The position numbers were made by a program, and so were the translations under genes. This document shows positions 1 through 8,109 of a stretch of DNA of 64,000 bases, in pieces (within the stretch, counting starts at the first letter, position 1; each line of letters starts with the position of its first letter). Source of the stretch: an uncultured Gemmatimonadales bacterium (GTDB lineage Bacteria; Gemmatimonadota; Gemmatimonadetes; Longimicrobiales; RSA9); contig CAWCUS010000005.1 of assembly GCA_963798845.1 (NCBI GenBank), positions 96,001 to 160,000 on the forward strand. Direction: 5' to 3'. The notes below the pieces were generated by a model. It searched no databases and was not told the DNA's origin. It saw nothing but the letters and a program-made list of their open reading frames with translations.

Positions 1-849
1 AGCCCGGCCAGCACCGTGCCCGGCCCCAGCTCGAGGAAACGCTGCGCGCCGCTCTCCAGCATGGTGCGCATGGACGCGCTCCAGCGCACGGGCGACGTCA
101 GCTGCTCCACCAGCAGGCGCCTGGCCTCCACCGGGTCCGTCACCGGCCTCGCCGTGACGTTCGAAACCACCGGGAAGGTTGGCGGTGAGAACGCCACTTC
201 CGCCGAGATGTTCGCGCAGCCCCACTTCCGCCACCGACATGAGCGGGGAGTGGAACGCGCCGGACACGTTCAGCGCCAGCGCCCTGCGGGCGCCCGCTTC
301 CTTCGCCAGCTCGACCGCCCGCTCGACGGCCCGCGAGTCACCGCTGATCACGGTTTGCCCCGGAGCGTTGAAGTTGGCCGGAACGCACGCCTCGCCATCG
401 GTGGACGCACGGCTGCACACCTCCTCCAGAACATCGTCGTCGAGGCCGAGGACGGCGGCCATGGCTCCCGGACGGGCAAGTCCCGACTCGTACATGAGCT
501 CGCCCCGGCGGCGGACGGCGCGCACCGCATCGTCGAAGGAGAGGGCCCCCGCGATCACGTAGGCGCTGAACTCGCCCAGCGAGTGTCCCGCGGCCATGCC
601 GGCCTCGCCCCCCAGCCGCTCGGCCACGACCGCGTGCACGGCGATGGCGTGCGTGAGGATCGCGGGCTGGGCGTTGTGCGTGGCCGTCAGCTCGTTCTCC
701 GGACCCTGCCACATGACCCGGGAAAGGTCGACGTCGAGTGCCGCATCCGCGCGCTCGAAAACCTCCCTGGCCACCGGGAACGCCCCGGCCAGATCGCGTC
801 CCATGCCCACGTGCTGGGCCCCCTGCCCCGGGAGGAGGACCCCTACCAC
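1..849 (-). CDS. fabD: Malonyl-CoA:ACP transacylase (3' end runs off the window)
   Basis: Not in the ORF track; translated by hand. GTG start overlaps the fabH stop; N-terminal VLLPGQGAQHVGMG, catalytic GHSLGE, and FLELGPGTVLAGL near the window edge. Confidence 0.93.
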   Translation of the reverse strand, partial: MVGVLLPGQGAQHVGMGRDLAGAFPVAREVFERADAALDVDLSRVMWQGPENELTATHNAQPAILTHAIAVHAVVAERLGGEAGMAAGHSLGEFSAYVIAGALSFDDAVRAVRRRGELMYESGLARPGAMAAVLGLDDDVLEEVCSRASTDGEACVPANFNAPGQTVISGDSRAVERAVELAKEAGARRALALNVSGAFHSPLMSVAEVGLREHLGGSGVLTANLPGGFERHGEAGDGPGGGQAPAGGAADVARALERVHAHHAGERRAAFPRAGAGHGAGRA

Positions 850-1835
850 CTCAGCACCGCCGAAGCCCATGTGAAGCCGGCGCCGAACGCCGCCATGAGC
901 ACGTGGTCGCCCCGCTTCAGCCGCCCCTGCTCCAGCGCTTCGTCCAGCGCCACGGGAATGGTGGCCGAGCTCATGTTGCCGTAGCGGTCCACGTTCACGA
1001 AAACCTTCTCCATCGGCACGTTGGCGTACTTCGCGGTGGCCTCGATGATCCGGATGTTGGCCTGGTGCGGGATGAAGAGATCGATGTCGTCGCCCGTGAG
1101 CCCGGCACGCAGCAGCGCCTGGTCGGAAGCTTCGGCCATCGAGCGAACGGCGGCCTTGAACACCTCCCGCCCCGCCATCTTCACCAGGTGGTTCCGCTCG
1201 TCCAGAACCGCCACGTCCATGGGCATGCGCGTGCCACCCCCCGGTCGCCAGAGCAGCTCGGCCAGCGTGCCGTCCGAGCGGATGAAGCTTGAGATCAGAC
1301 CGCGGCCGTCTTCGGAGCGCTTCACCACGGCCGCGCCCGCGCCGTCGCCGAACAGGACGGCCGTGGAGCGGTCCCCCCAGTCGACGATCGACGTCATCTT
1401 CTCGGTCGAGACGACGAGAGCGATCTCGGCCCGATTCGCCGCCAGGTGCCCTTCGGCGATGGAGAGGGCATAGATGAACCCGGAGCACGCGGCGCCGATG
1501 TCGTAGGCGGCCGCGTTCTTCGCCCCGAGCAGCGCCTGGAGGTCACAGGCCGTGGAGGGGAGCAGCCGGTCGGGCGTCGCAGTGGAGAGGACGATCACGT
1601 CGATCTCTCCCGGGTGGACTCCCGCGCGCTCCATGGCGATGCGGGCTGCCCGCGCGCCCATGTCCGCGGCGCCCGTGTCGTCGTCCGCGATCCGACGCTC
1701 GATGATGCCCGTGCGCTCGCGGATCCACGCGTCGGAGGTGTCCAGCTCCTTCTCGAGATCGTGATTCGTCACCACCCGGTCCGGCAGGTACCGCCCCGTG
1801 GATACGATCTCGACCACCGGCTTTGGAACCTTCAT
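843..1835 (-). CDS. fabH: 3-oxoacyl-ACP synthase III
   Basis: AACSGF (catalytic Cys), PHQAN, YGNMSSA, GAGFTW motifs; plsX-fabH-fabD order. Confidence 0.97.
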   Translation of the reverse strand: MKVPKPVVEIVSTGRYLPDRVVTNHDLEKELDTSDAWIRERTGIIERRIADDDTGAADMGARAARIAMERAGVHPGEIDVIVLSTATPDRLLPSTACDLQALLGAKNAAAYDIGAACSGFIYALSIAEGHLAANRAEIALVVSTEKMTSIVDWGDRSTAVLFGDGAGAAVVKRSEDGRGLISSFIRSDGTLAELLWRPGGGTRMPMDVAVLDERNHLVKMAGREVFKAAVRSMAEASDQALLRAGLTGDDIDLFIPHQANIRIIEATAKYANVPMEKVFVNVDRYGNMSSATIPVALDEALEQGRLKRGDHVLMAAFGAGFTWASAVLRW

Positions 1836-2818
1836 TCGCCGCCCGGGTGGATGCCGACCTCCTCGCGGATGTGGCCAACCATGTGCGCGTTCGATGCCGT
1901 GACGGCTACCCGGATCGCGTTCGTGATCGCGCGCGGAGGTGAGCCGCCATGGCAGATGATCGAGATCCCGTTCACGCCCAGCAGCGGCGCTCCGCCGTAC
2001 TCGGCGTAGTCGAGGATCCGGGTGACGCGCCCGACGCTCGGCTCCTTGGCCGCGTCGCTCATCTCGCGACGCAGAAGGCCGAACACGAAGCCGGCCACGC
2101 TCTCGTAGAATTTCAGCAGGACGTTGCCGACGAAACCGTCGGTGACCAGCACGTCGCAGCCACCCGCGATGATGTCGTGTCCTTCCATGTTGCCGATGAA
2201 GCGGAGCCCGCTCTCCTGCAGCCGACGATAGCTCTCCACCGCCAGCTCGTTCCCCTTCTCCGGCTCCTCCCCGATGTTCAGCAGCCCGACGCTCGGGTTC
2301 TCCCGTCCCAGCACGTCACGCGCGTACACCGCACCCAGGCGCGCGAACTGGACCAGGTGGCTCGGCCGGCAGTCCACGTTCGCCCCGGCATCGAGCATGA
2401 CCATCGGTCCTTTCGACGTGGGGAGGATTGTCGCGATCGCCGGCCGGTCCACGCCGGGCAGCGGCCGCAGGATGAAGAGCGACGCGGCCATCACCGCCCC
2501 CGTGGAGCCGGCGCTGACGAACGCGTCCGCTTCCCCGTCCTTCTGCAGGTTCAGTCCCCGGACGATGGAGGAGTCCGGCTTACGGCGCACCGCCGTAGCC
2601 GGACCCTCGCGCGGGTCGATGCGCTCCGAGGCATGAACCAGCCCCAGACGCTCGTCTTCGGATTCCCCGAGACGCTTCAGCTCGCGCCGCAGGAGATCCG
2701 TATCCCCCACCAGCACCAGCTGGAAGTCGTCCGGGAGGGCGCGCAGCGCTTCGATAGAGCCTTCCACCTCCACCGCCGGGTGGCGGTCGGTGCCCATGGC
2801 GTCTACCGCAATGCGCAC
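1832..2818 (-). CDS. plsX: Phosphate acyltransferase PlsX
   Basis: IAVDAMG, VSAGSTGA, LDAGAN, GLLNIGEE, DGFVGN, GGAPLLG motifs; follows rpmF. Confidence 0.97.
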   Translation of the reverse strand: MRIAVDAMGTDRHPAVEVEGSIEALRALPDDFQLVLVGDTDLLRRELKRLGESEDERLGLVHASERIDPREGPATAVRRKPDSSIVRGLNLQKDGEADAFVSAGSTGAVMAASLFILRPLPGVDRPAIATILPTSKGPMVMLDAGANVDCRPSHLVQFARLGAVYARDVLGRENPSVGLLNIGEEPEKGNELAVESYRRLQESGLRFIGNMEGHDIIAGGCDVLVTDGFVGNVLLKFYESVAGFVFGLLRREMSDAAKEPSVGRVTRILDYAEYGGAPLLGVNGISIICHGGSPPRAITNAIRVAVTASNAHMVGHIREEVGIHPGGE

Positions 2819-2833
2819 GGCGAGCGCCTCCCG

Positions 2834-3016
2834 CTAGAGTTCTTCGACTTCGACGACCTGCTTGCCCTTGTACGTCCCGCACGTCGGGCAGACCCGGTGC
2901 GGCATCCTCGGGTCTCCGCAGTTCGGACACGCCGACAGCGTCGGCACCGACGCCGTGTGGTGCGTCCGGCGCTTCCGCTTGCGCTGCTTCAATGTCCGCT
3001 TCTTGGGTACGGCCAT
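2834..3016 (-). CDS. rpmF: 50S ribosomal protein L32
   Basis: MAVPKKR start; CxxC...HRVCxxCG zinc ribbon. Confidence 0.97.
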   Translation of the reverse strand: MAVPKKRTLKQRKRKRRTHHTASVPTLSACPNCGDPRMPHRVCPTCGTYKGKQVVEVEEL

Positions 3017-3029
3017 GCTCGCCTTCCTC

Positions 3030-3536
3030 CTAGTCCTCGCGCTTCAGCTGTCGAAGCGGCGCCCACCGCTCCTCCACCTCGTCACTCGTGCACCCGCACG
3101 TGCCCTCGTTCAGGTTGGTCCCGCACCTCGGGCACAGCCCCCGACAGTCCTTGCGGCAGATCACGTAGCTCGGGACCGCCACCAGCAGCAGCTCCCGCAC
3201 GGCCGGGACCACGTCCAGCGTCGCCTCGTCCGGAAGCGGGAGCACGTCTTCCGGCTCGTCCGCGTCCACCTCTCCCGCCTTGTACAGGAGCCCCACCTCC
3301 TCGTCGACCCCCGCCACCACCGGCTCCAGGCAGCGACGGCACTCCAGCCGGAACTCGCCCGCGACCCGGCCACGAACCACCACGTCCGGGCCCGCCTGCT
3401 GCGCCTCCAGGCGCACCTCCAGCGGCGCCGCGGGCCTCAGCTCCAGGCCCGTCCAGAACGTGTCGTCGGGCGGAATGTCCGCGTCCACGCTGGCCCGGCC
3501 GTCGCGTGCCAGCCGGTTCAGGTCGACAAGAAGCAT
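3030..3536 (-). CDS. YceD/DUF177 family metal-binding protein
   Basis: ECRRCL and C-x3[13 protein letters not shown] motifs, C-terminal RWAPL, upstream of rpmF. ATG at 3536 preferred over the track start. Confidence 0.92.
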   Translation of the reverse strand: MLLVDLNRLARDGRASVDADIPPDDTFWTGLELRPAAPLEVRLEAQQAGPDVVVRGRVAGEFRLECRRCLEPVVAGVDEEVGLLYKAGEVDADEPEDVLPLPDEATLDVVPAVRELLLVAVPSYVICRKDCRGLCPRCGTNLNEGTCGCTSDEVEERWAPLRQLKRED

Positions 3537-3545
3537 AGCTTGCAA

Positions 3546-3573
3546 AGATTGCCAGTTTTTGCCGAAGTGTCAA
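3546..3573 (-). promoter_or_regulatory. Putative sigma70 promoter of the yceD-rpmF-plsX-fab operon
   Basis: Perfect TTGACA (3573-3568), 16-nt spacer, weak -10 CAATCT. Confidence 0.55.
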
Positions 3574-3614
3574 CGTCAGACGGCCTCGGCCGGCCCGCGG
3601 CCAGGCACGGGCGC

Positions 3615-4037
3615 TCAGCGCGCTCCGATCTCGTCGCCTTCCGAGAAGAAGAAACGAATCTCCCGGGCGGCGGTCTCCGGCGCGTCCGACGCATGGATCG
3701 AGTTGCGCTCCTTGGACTCGGCGTAGCGGGCACGAACCGTGCCCTCGCGGGCTTCCGCCGGGTCGGTGGCGCCGATGACATCCCGCAAGCTGGCGACGGC
3801 GTCGTCGCGCTCGAGGAGGACGGGGAAAACGGGTCCGGAGGTCATGAAGGCGACGAGGGAGCCGAAGAAGGGACGCCCACGGTGGACGGCATAGAACTCC
3901 TGCGCCTGGGCCTCGGACAGATGGAGGGTGCGGATTGCGCGGATGCGGAAGCCGGCCTCTTCCAGCTGGGCGAGAATGCGGCCGGTGAGCCCGCGCCGGG
4001 CGGCGTCGGGCTTGATGATGGCGAGTGTCTGTTCCAT
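3615..4037 (-). CDS. ndk: Nucleoside diphosphate kinase
   Basis: MEQTLAIIKPDA start, FMTSGP, IGATDP, catalytic NSIHASD; 140 aa. Confidence 0.97.
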   Translation of the reverse strand: MEQTLAIIKPDAARRGLTGRILAQLEEAGFRIRAIRTLHLSEAQAQEFYAVHRGRPFFGSLVAFMTSGPVFPVLLERDDAVASLRDVIGATDPAEAREGTVRARYAESKERNSIHASDAPETAAREIRFFFSEGDEIGAR

Positions 4038-4057
4038 GGGCTTCGACTTCAGTGGTT

Positions 4058-4939
4058 TCAGGTTCGACCGAAGAGCTTTCGAATGATGTCCGCCCGGGAG
4101 ACCATGCCGGCGATGGTGCCGGCGTGGACGACGGGGACCTGCTCCACGTCCTTGTTGATCATCATGCTGGCGACTTCGCTCACGCCGAGGTCTTCGGAGA
4201 CGCACAGGACCGAGCGCGTCATGACATCGCGGACCGGTCGATCGGCGAGGTCGCTGGCGTGGGGGTCGTCGGAGCCGGCGCGCGGGATCTTGGGCAGGAG
4301 GGTGCGCATCAAGTCGGCTTCCGTGACGATCCCCATGACCTCTCCCTTGGTGCCGACCACGGGCACGGCCTGCAGGCGGCGGCGGAGCATGAGGTCGAGA
4401 GTGCCGCGGAGTGTGGCGTCCGGGGGCACGGAGTGGATCCTGTGGGTCATGACGTCGCGCACCGCCAGGCTCGGCTGGATGCGGAGGTCCTGGAGGTCGG
4501 GGAGCGCGAGCACGGCGGTGGCGTCGGGTTGCGCGACCAGGCGGTCGATGATGCCGGGCGAGCGCAGTACTCGGGCGAGGGTGGAGGTGGCCTGGAGGTA
4601 GAAGCTGGCGGCATCCAGGGGTGCCAGGACGAGTGCGACGACACGGGGTCGGATGTCGAGGCCGGGCTCGTGGGAAGGGATCCCTGCGGGAGTGAGCCCG
4701 AGGGCGAGGGTGAGGCTGGCCACGGCGTCGGAGCGGTAGTGCGGCAGCAGCACGTCCTCGCTGATGGCCACCACCTCGCGGATCGGCTCGCTCCGGATGC
4801 GCCGGTGAAGCGCCTCGGAGCGGGCGACCGCGCCGGTTTCCTCGAGGCGGGCCTCGAGTTGCTCCACCGCGTCGCGAACGTCATCCGCCCGGAGCGGTAC
4901 GATCACGTGCTCCGGGCGGAGCAGGTCCAGGAGATCCAT
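4058..4939 (-). CDS. PTS EIIA(Fru/Ntr)-like domain fused to a CBS-domain pair
   Basis: N-terminal LLDLLRPEHV...VLLPHYR...VVALVLAP...LARVL resembles EIIA-2. C-terminal VRDVMT...AVPVV...GIVTEADL and VRDVMT...VPVV...GMVSRADI are two CBS repeats. Confidence 0.8.
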   Translation of the reverse strand: MDLLDLLRPEHVIVPLRADDVRDAVEQLEARLEETGAVARSEALHRRIRSEPIREVVAISEDVLLPHYRSDAVASLTLALGLTPAGIPSHEPGLDIRPRVVALVLAPLDAASFYLQATSTLARVLRSPGIIDRLVAQPDATAVLALPDLQDLRIQPSLAVRDVMTHRIHSVPPDATLRGTLDLMLRRRLQAVPVVGTKGEVMGIVTEADLMRTLLPKIPRAGSDDPHASDLADRPVRDVMTRSVLCVSEDLGVSEVASMMINKDVEQVPVVHAGTIAGMVSRADIIRKLFGRT

Positions 4940-4957
4940 CGTGGAGCGGCCGCCTCG

Positions 4958-5836
4958 CTACAGGACGGCCTGGATGAGCTCGACCACGTCCGAGGGACGC
5001 TTCATCACGGCAATGCCGTTGTCCTCGAACGCCTGCATCTTCTCGGCGGCGGTGCCGGCCGAGCCGCTGATGATGGCGCCCGCGTGGCCCATGCGTCGTC
5101 CCGGAGGCGCCGTTTGCCCGGCAATGAACCCGACCACGGGCTTGCTCATGTGCTCCTTCACGAACGCGGCGGCGTTCTGCTCATCCGTCCCGCCGATCTC
5201 GCCGATCATGACCACGGCGTCGGTCTCGGGATCGGCTTCGAATGCGGTGAGCGTGTCGATGAAATTGGTGCCGATGATCGGGTCGCCGCCGATTCCAATG
5301 CAGGTGCTCTGGCCGATTCCGGCCTGCGTCAGCTGGTAGACCACTTCGTAGGTGAGCGTGCCCGAGCGAGACACCACGCCCACGCGCCCCTCGCGCACGA
5401 TGGAACCGGGCATGATCCCCACCTTGGCCTTCCCCGGCGACAGGGCGCCCGGGCAGTTGGGACCGAGAAGGCGGGCGCGCCGCTCCTGCACGTACGGGTA
5501 GACGCGCGTCATGTCGAGGACCGGGACCCCCTCCGTGATCGCCACGATGAAGTCCACACCGGCGTCGGCGGCCTCCATGATCGCGTCCGCCGCGAACGGG
5601 GGCGGGACGTAGATCACGCTGGTGTTGGCGCCGGTCTCCTTCACGGCGTCGGCGACGGTGTCGAAGATGGGGACGGGCTGTGGCCCGTCGTCGAAGGTCT
5701 GCCCGCCCTTGCCCGGCGTAACCCCGGCCACGACCCGTGTGCCGTACTCCATCATCTGGCGGGTGTGGAAGGACCCGTCGCGGCCGGTGATCCCCTGGAC
5801 CACCAGGCGGGTGTCGTTGTCAATGTATATCGCCAT
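4958..5836 (-). CDS. sucD: Succinyl-CoA synthetase alpha subunit
   Basis: [26 protein letters not shown], phospho-His RRMGHAGA. Confidence 0.98.
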   Translation of the reverse strand: MAIYIDNDTRLVVQGITGRDGSFHTRQMMEYGTRVVAGVTPGKGGQTFDDGPQPVPIFDTVADAVKETGANTSVIYVPPPFAADAIMEAADAGVDFIVAITEGVPVLDMTRVYPYVQERRARLLGPNCPGALSPGKAKVGIMPGSIVREGRVGVVSRSGTLTYEVVYQLTQAGIGQSTCIGIGGDPIIGTNFIDTLTAFEADPETDAVVMIGEIGGTDEQNAAAFVKEHMSKPVVGFIAGQTAPPGRRMGHAGAIISGSAGTAAEKMQAFEDNGIAVMKRPSDVVELIQAVL

Positions 5837-5901
5837 GATTCAGAACTCAGTCCGAGTGCGTGTCCGGGTGCGAGTACGACCCCGAGTACGACGCGGCGGT
5901 G

Positions 5902-7038
5902 TCAGCCGCCCGCCGCCACTTTCACTGCGCGCTCCACCACCTCGTCCATGGACGTGGAAGCACTGATCCCGGCCGTCTCGAGGATCCGCACGCCCGCCGC
6001 CTCGTTCGTGCCGGTCAGGCGGATGACGAGCGGAAGCTCGAACTTCATCCGGTCGATCGCGGCCACGATCCCGTTGGCCACGTCGTCGCAGCGGGTGATC
6101 CCACCGAAGATGTTGAACAGGATCACCTTCACGTTCGGGTCGCTCGTGATGATCTCCAGAGCGCTGATCACCTTCTCGGGGCTGGAGGAGCCGCCGATGT
6201 CCAGGAAGTTCGCGGGCTCTCCCCCGTAGAACTTGATGAGGTCCATGGTGGCCATCGCCAGCCCGGCGCCGTTCACCACCGCTCCGATGTTCCCGTCGAG
6301 CTTGATGTAGGTGAGGCTCGCCTCGCGGGCCTTGGTCTCCGACGGCGGCTCGGCCGAGGTGTCGCGCATGGCGTCGACGTCCTTGCGGCGGAACAGCTCG
6401 TTGTCGTCGATGTTCATCTTGGCGTCGATCGCCTTCACCTCCCCGCCCGGGGTCGTGATGAGCGGGTTGATCTCGGCGAGCGACGCACCGCTGTCGACGA
6501 AGGCGCCGTACAGCTGCCCCAGCGCGCGTGCCGCGGCGCGCTGCTGCTTCACGTCGTCGTAGAGGCTGGCGGCGAGCCTGTAGGCCTGGAACGGGAGCAG
6601 CCCGTAACGGGGGTCGACGCCGAGGCGCATGATGGCGTCCGGGTTCGTGGCGGCCACCTCCTCGATGTCCACGCCGCCCTCGCGGCTGACCATGAACACC
6701 GGGCGCTTCGATGCCCGGTCCACGATCACACCCACGTACGACTCGCTGGCGATGTCCTCTGCGGGCGTGACCAGGACCTTCTCCACGGTCAGCCCCTTGA
6801 TCTTCATGCCGAGGATGCTGTCGGCATGCGACTTCGCCTCGTCGGGCGATCTGGCCAGCTTCACGCCTCCGGCCTTCCCCCGGCCGCCCGCGTGAACCTG
6901 CGCCTTCACGACCACCGTTCCCCCGTACAGCTCGGCGAGGGAGCGCGCTTCGTCCGCCGTCCGCGCCACCTCACCGGGAGGCACGGGGAGGCCGTGCTCG
7001 CGGAAGATCTCCTTCGCCTGGTACTCGTGGATATTCAT
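5902..7038 (-). CDS. sucC: Succinyl-CoA synthetase beta subunit
   Basis: MNIHEYQAK, KAQVHAGGRGKAGGV, EINPL, NGAGLAMAT, ANFLDIGG, NIFGGI. Confidence 0.98.
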   Translation of the reverse strand: MNIHEYQAKEIFREHGLPVPPGEVARTADEARSLAELYGGTVVVKAQVHAGGRGKAGGVKLARSPDEAKSHADSILGMKIKGLTVEKVLVTPAEDIASESYVGVIVDRASKRPVFMVSREGGVDIEEVAATNPDAIMRLGVDPRYGLLPFQAYRLAASLYDDVKQQRAAARALGQLYGAFVDSGASLAEINPLITTPGGEVKAIDAKMNIDDNELFRRKDVDAMRDTSAEPPSETKAREASLTYIKLDGNIGAVVNGAGLAMATMDLIKFYGGEPANFLDIGGSSSPEKVISALEIITSDPNVKVILFNIFGGITRCDDVANGIVAAIDRMKFELPLVIRLTGTNEAAGVRILETAGISASTSMDEVVERAVKVAAGG

Positions 7039-7081
7039 CCTCTGCTGTCCCTTCGCAGATTGCTCCCGCCGCCGCGCCTGG

Positions 7082-8098
7082 CTACGGCAGGATGGTCGTT
7101 CCCGTGCGTCCCTCCACCACGTCGAGTCCGGCGTCCAGGCGCCCGATGTGGGCGGCCTCGCCGCCCCCCTCCACGAACGCCACGCACGCTTCCACCTTGG
7201 GCGCCATGCTCCCTTCCCCCAGCTCCTCCGAGGCGAGCAGCTCGCGCGCTTCGGCGACGGTCAGCCGGGAGATCAGGCACTGGCTCGGCTCTCCGAAATC
7301 GCGGTAGACCCCGTCCACGTCGGTCAGGATGACGAACTCCGTGGCGTCGATGTCGCCGCCCAGCACCTGAGCCGCACGGTCCTTGTCGATGACCGCGTCC
7401 ACTCCCTCGATCCCGAGCTTCGGGTCCATGTAAACCGGGCACCCGCCGCCGCCCGCAGCGATCACGATCGTGCCCTCCTCCACGAGGCGGCGGATCTGCG
7501 CGTGCTCCACGATCCGCAGCGGGAGTGGCGAGGCGATGAGCCGGCGCCAGCCGTTCGTCGTCTCTCGGACCGGAATCCCGCTCCGCTCCAGGTCGCGGGC
7601 CGTTTCCTCTTCCATGACCCGGCCGATGGGCTTCGCGGGCTCGCGGGTGGCCGGGTCCTCCGGATCCACCACCACCTGCGTGACGAGGGTGACCACGTCG
7701 CGCTTCACACCGAAGCGCTCCAGCGCGTTCTTCAGCGACTGCTGGATCATGTAACCGATCCACCCCGCCGTCCCCGCCACGAGGACCCCGACGGGGAGCG
7801 GCGGCAGCGTGGCGCGAGCGATCTCGTTCCGGCGCAGGTCGTCCCCGATCTGTGGCCCGTTGCCGTGAACGACGACGATGCGCCAGCCCTCCCGAGCGAG
7901 CGCCACCAGCGGCTCGAGGCTCGAACGGGTGTGGGCGAACTGCTCGTAGACGTCGCCCTTTCCGCCGTGCGGCTGGAGCGCATTGCCACCGAGTGCTACG
8001 ACAATGGTCCGGGCCTGTCTCGCGGGTCGCGACATCATAACCGGGACCCCGGGCACCGGCAACCGCGCGAACAGCCCGATTTCGCGTACCCGCGCCAC
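7082..8098 (-). CDS. arcC: Carbamate kinase (start may be ATG at 8038/8035)
   Basis: IVVALGGNAL, HGNGPQIG, KPIG, GGGGCPV, DAVIDKD, LTDVDGVY, GSMAPKV. Confidence 0.93.
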   Translation of the reverse strand: MARVREIGLFARLPVPGVPVMMSRPARQARTIVVALGGNALQPHGGKGDVYEQFAHTRSSLEPLVALAREGWRIVVVHGNGPQIGDDLRRNEIARATLPPLPVGVLVAGTAGWIGYMIQQSLKNALERFGVKRDVVTLVTQVVVDPEDPATREPAKPIGRVMEEETARDLERSGIPVRETTNGWRRLIASPLPLRIVEHAQIRRLVEEGTIVIAAGGGGCPVYMDPKLGIEGVDAVIDKDRAAQVLGGDIDATEFVILTDVDGVYRDFGEPSQCLISRLTVAEARELLASEELGEGSMAPKVEACVAFVEGGGEAAHIGRLDAGLDVVEGRTGTTILP

Positions 8099-8109
8099 TT
8101 TCTCCTCAT

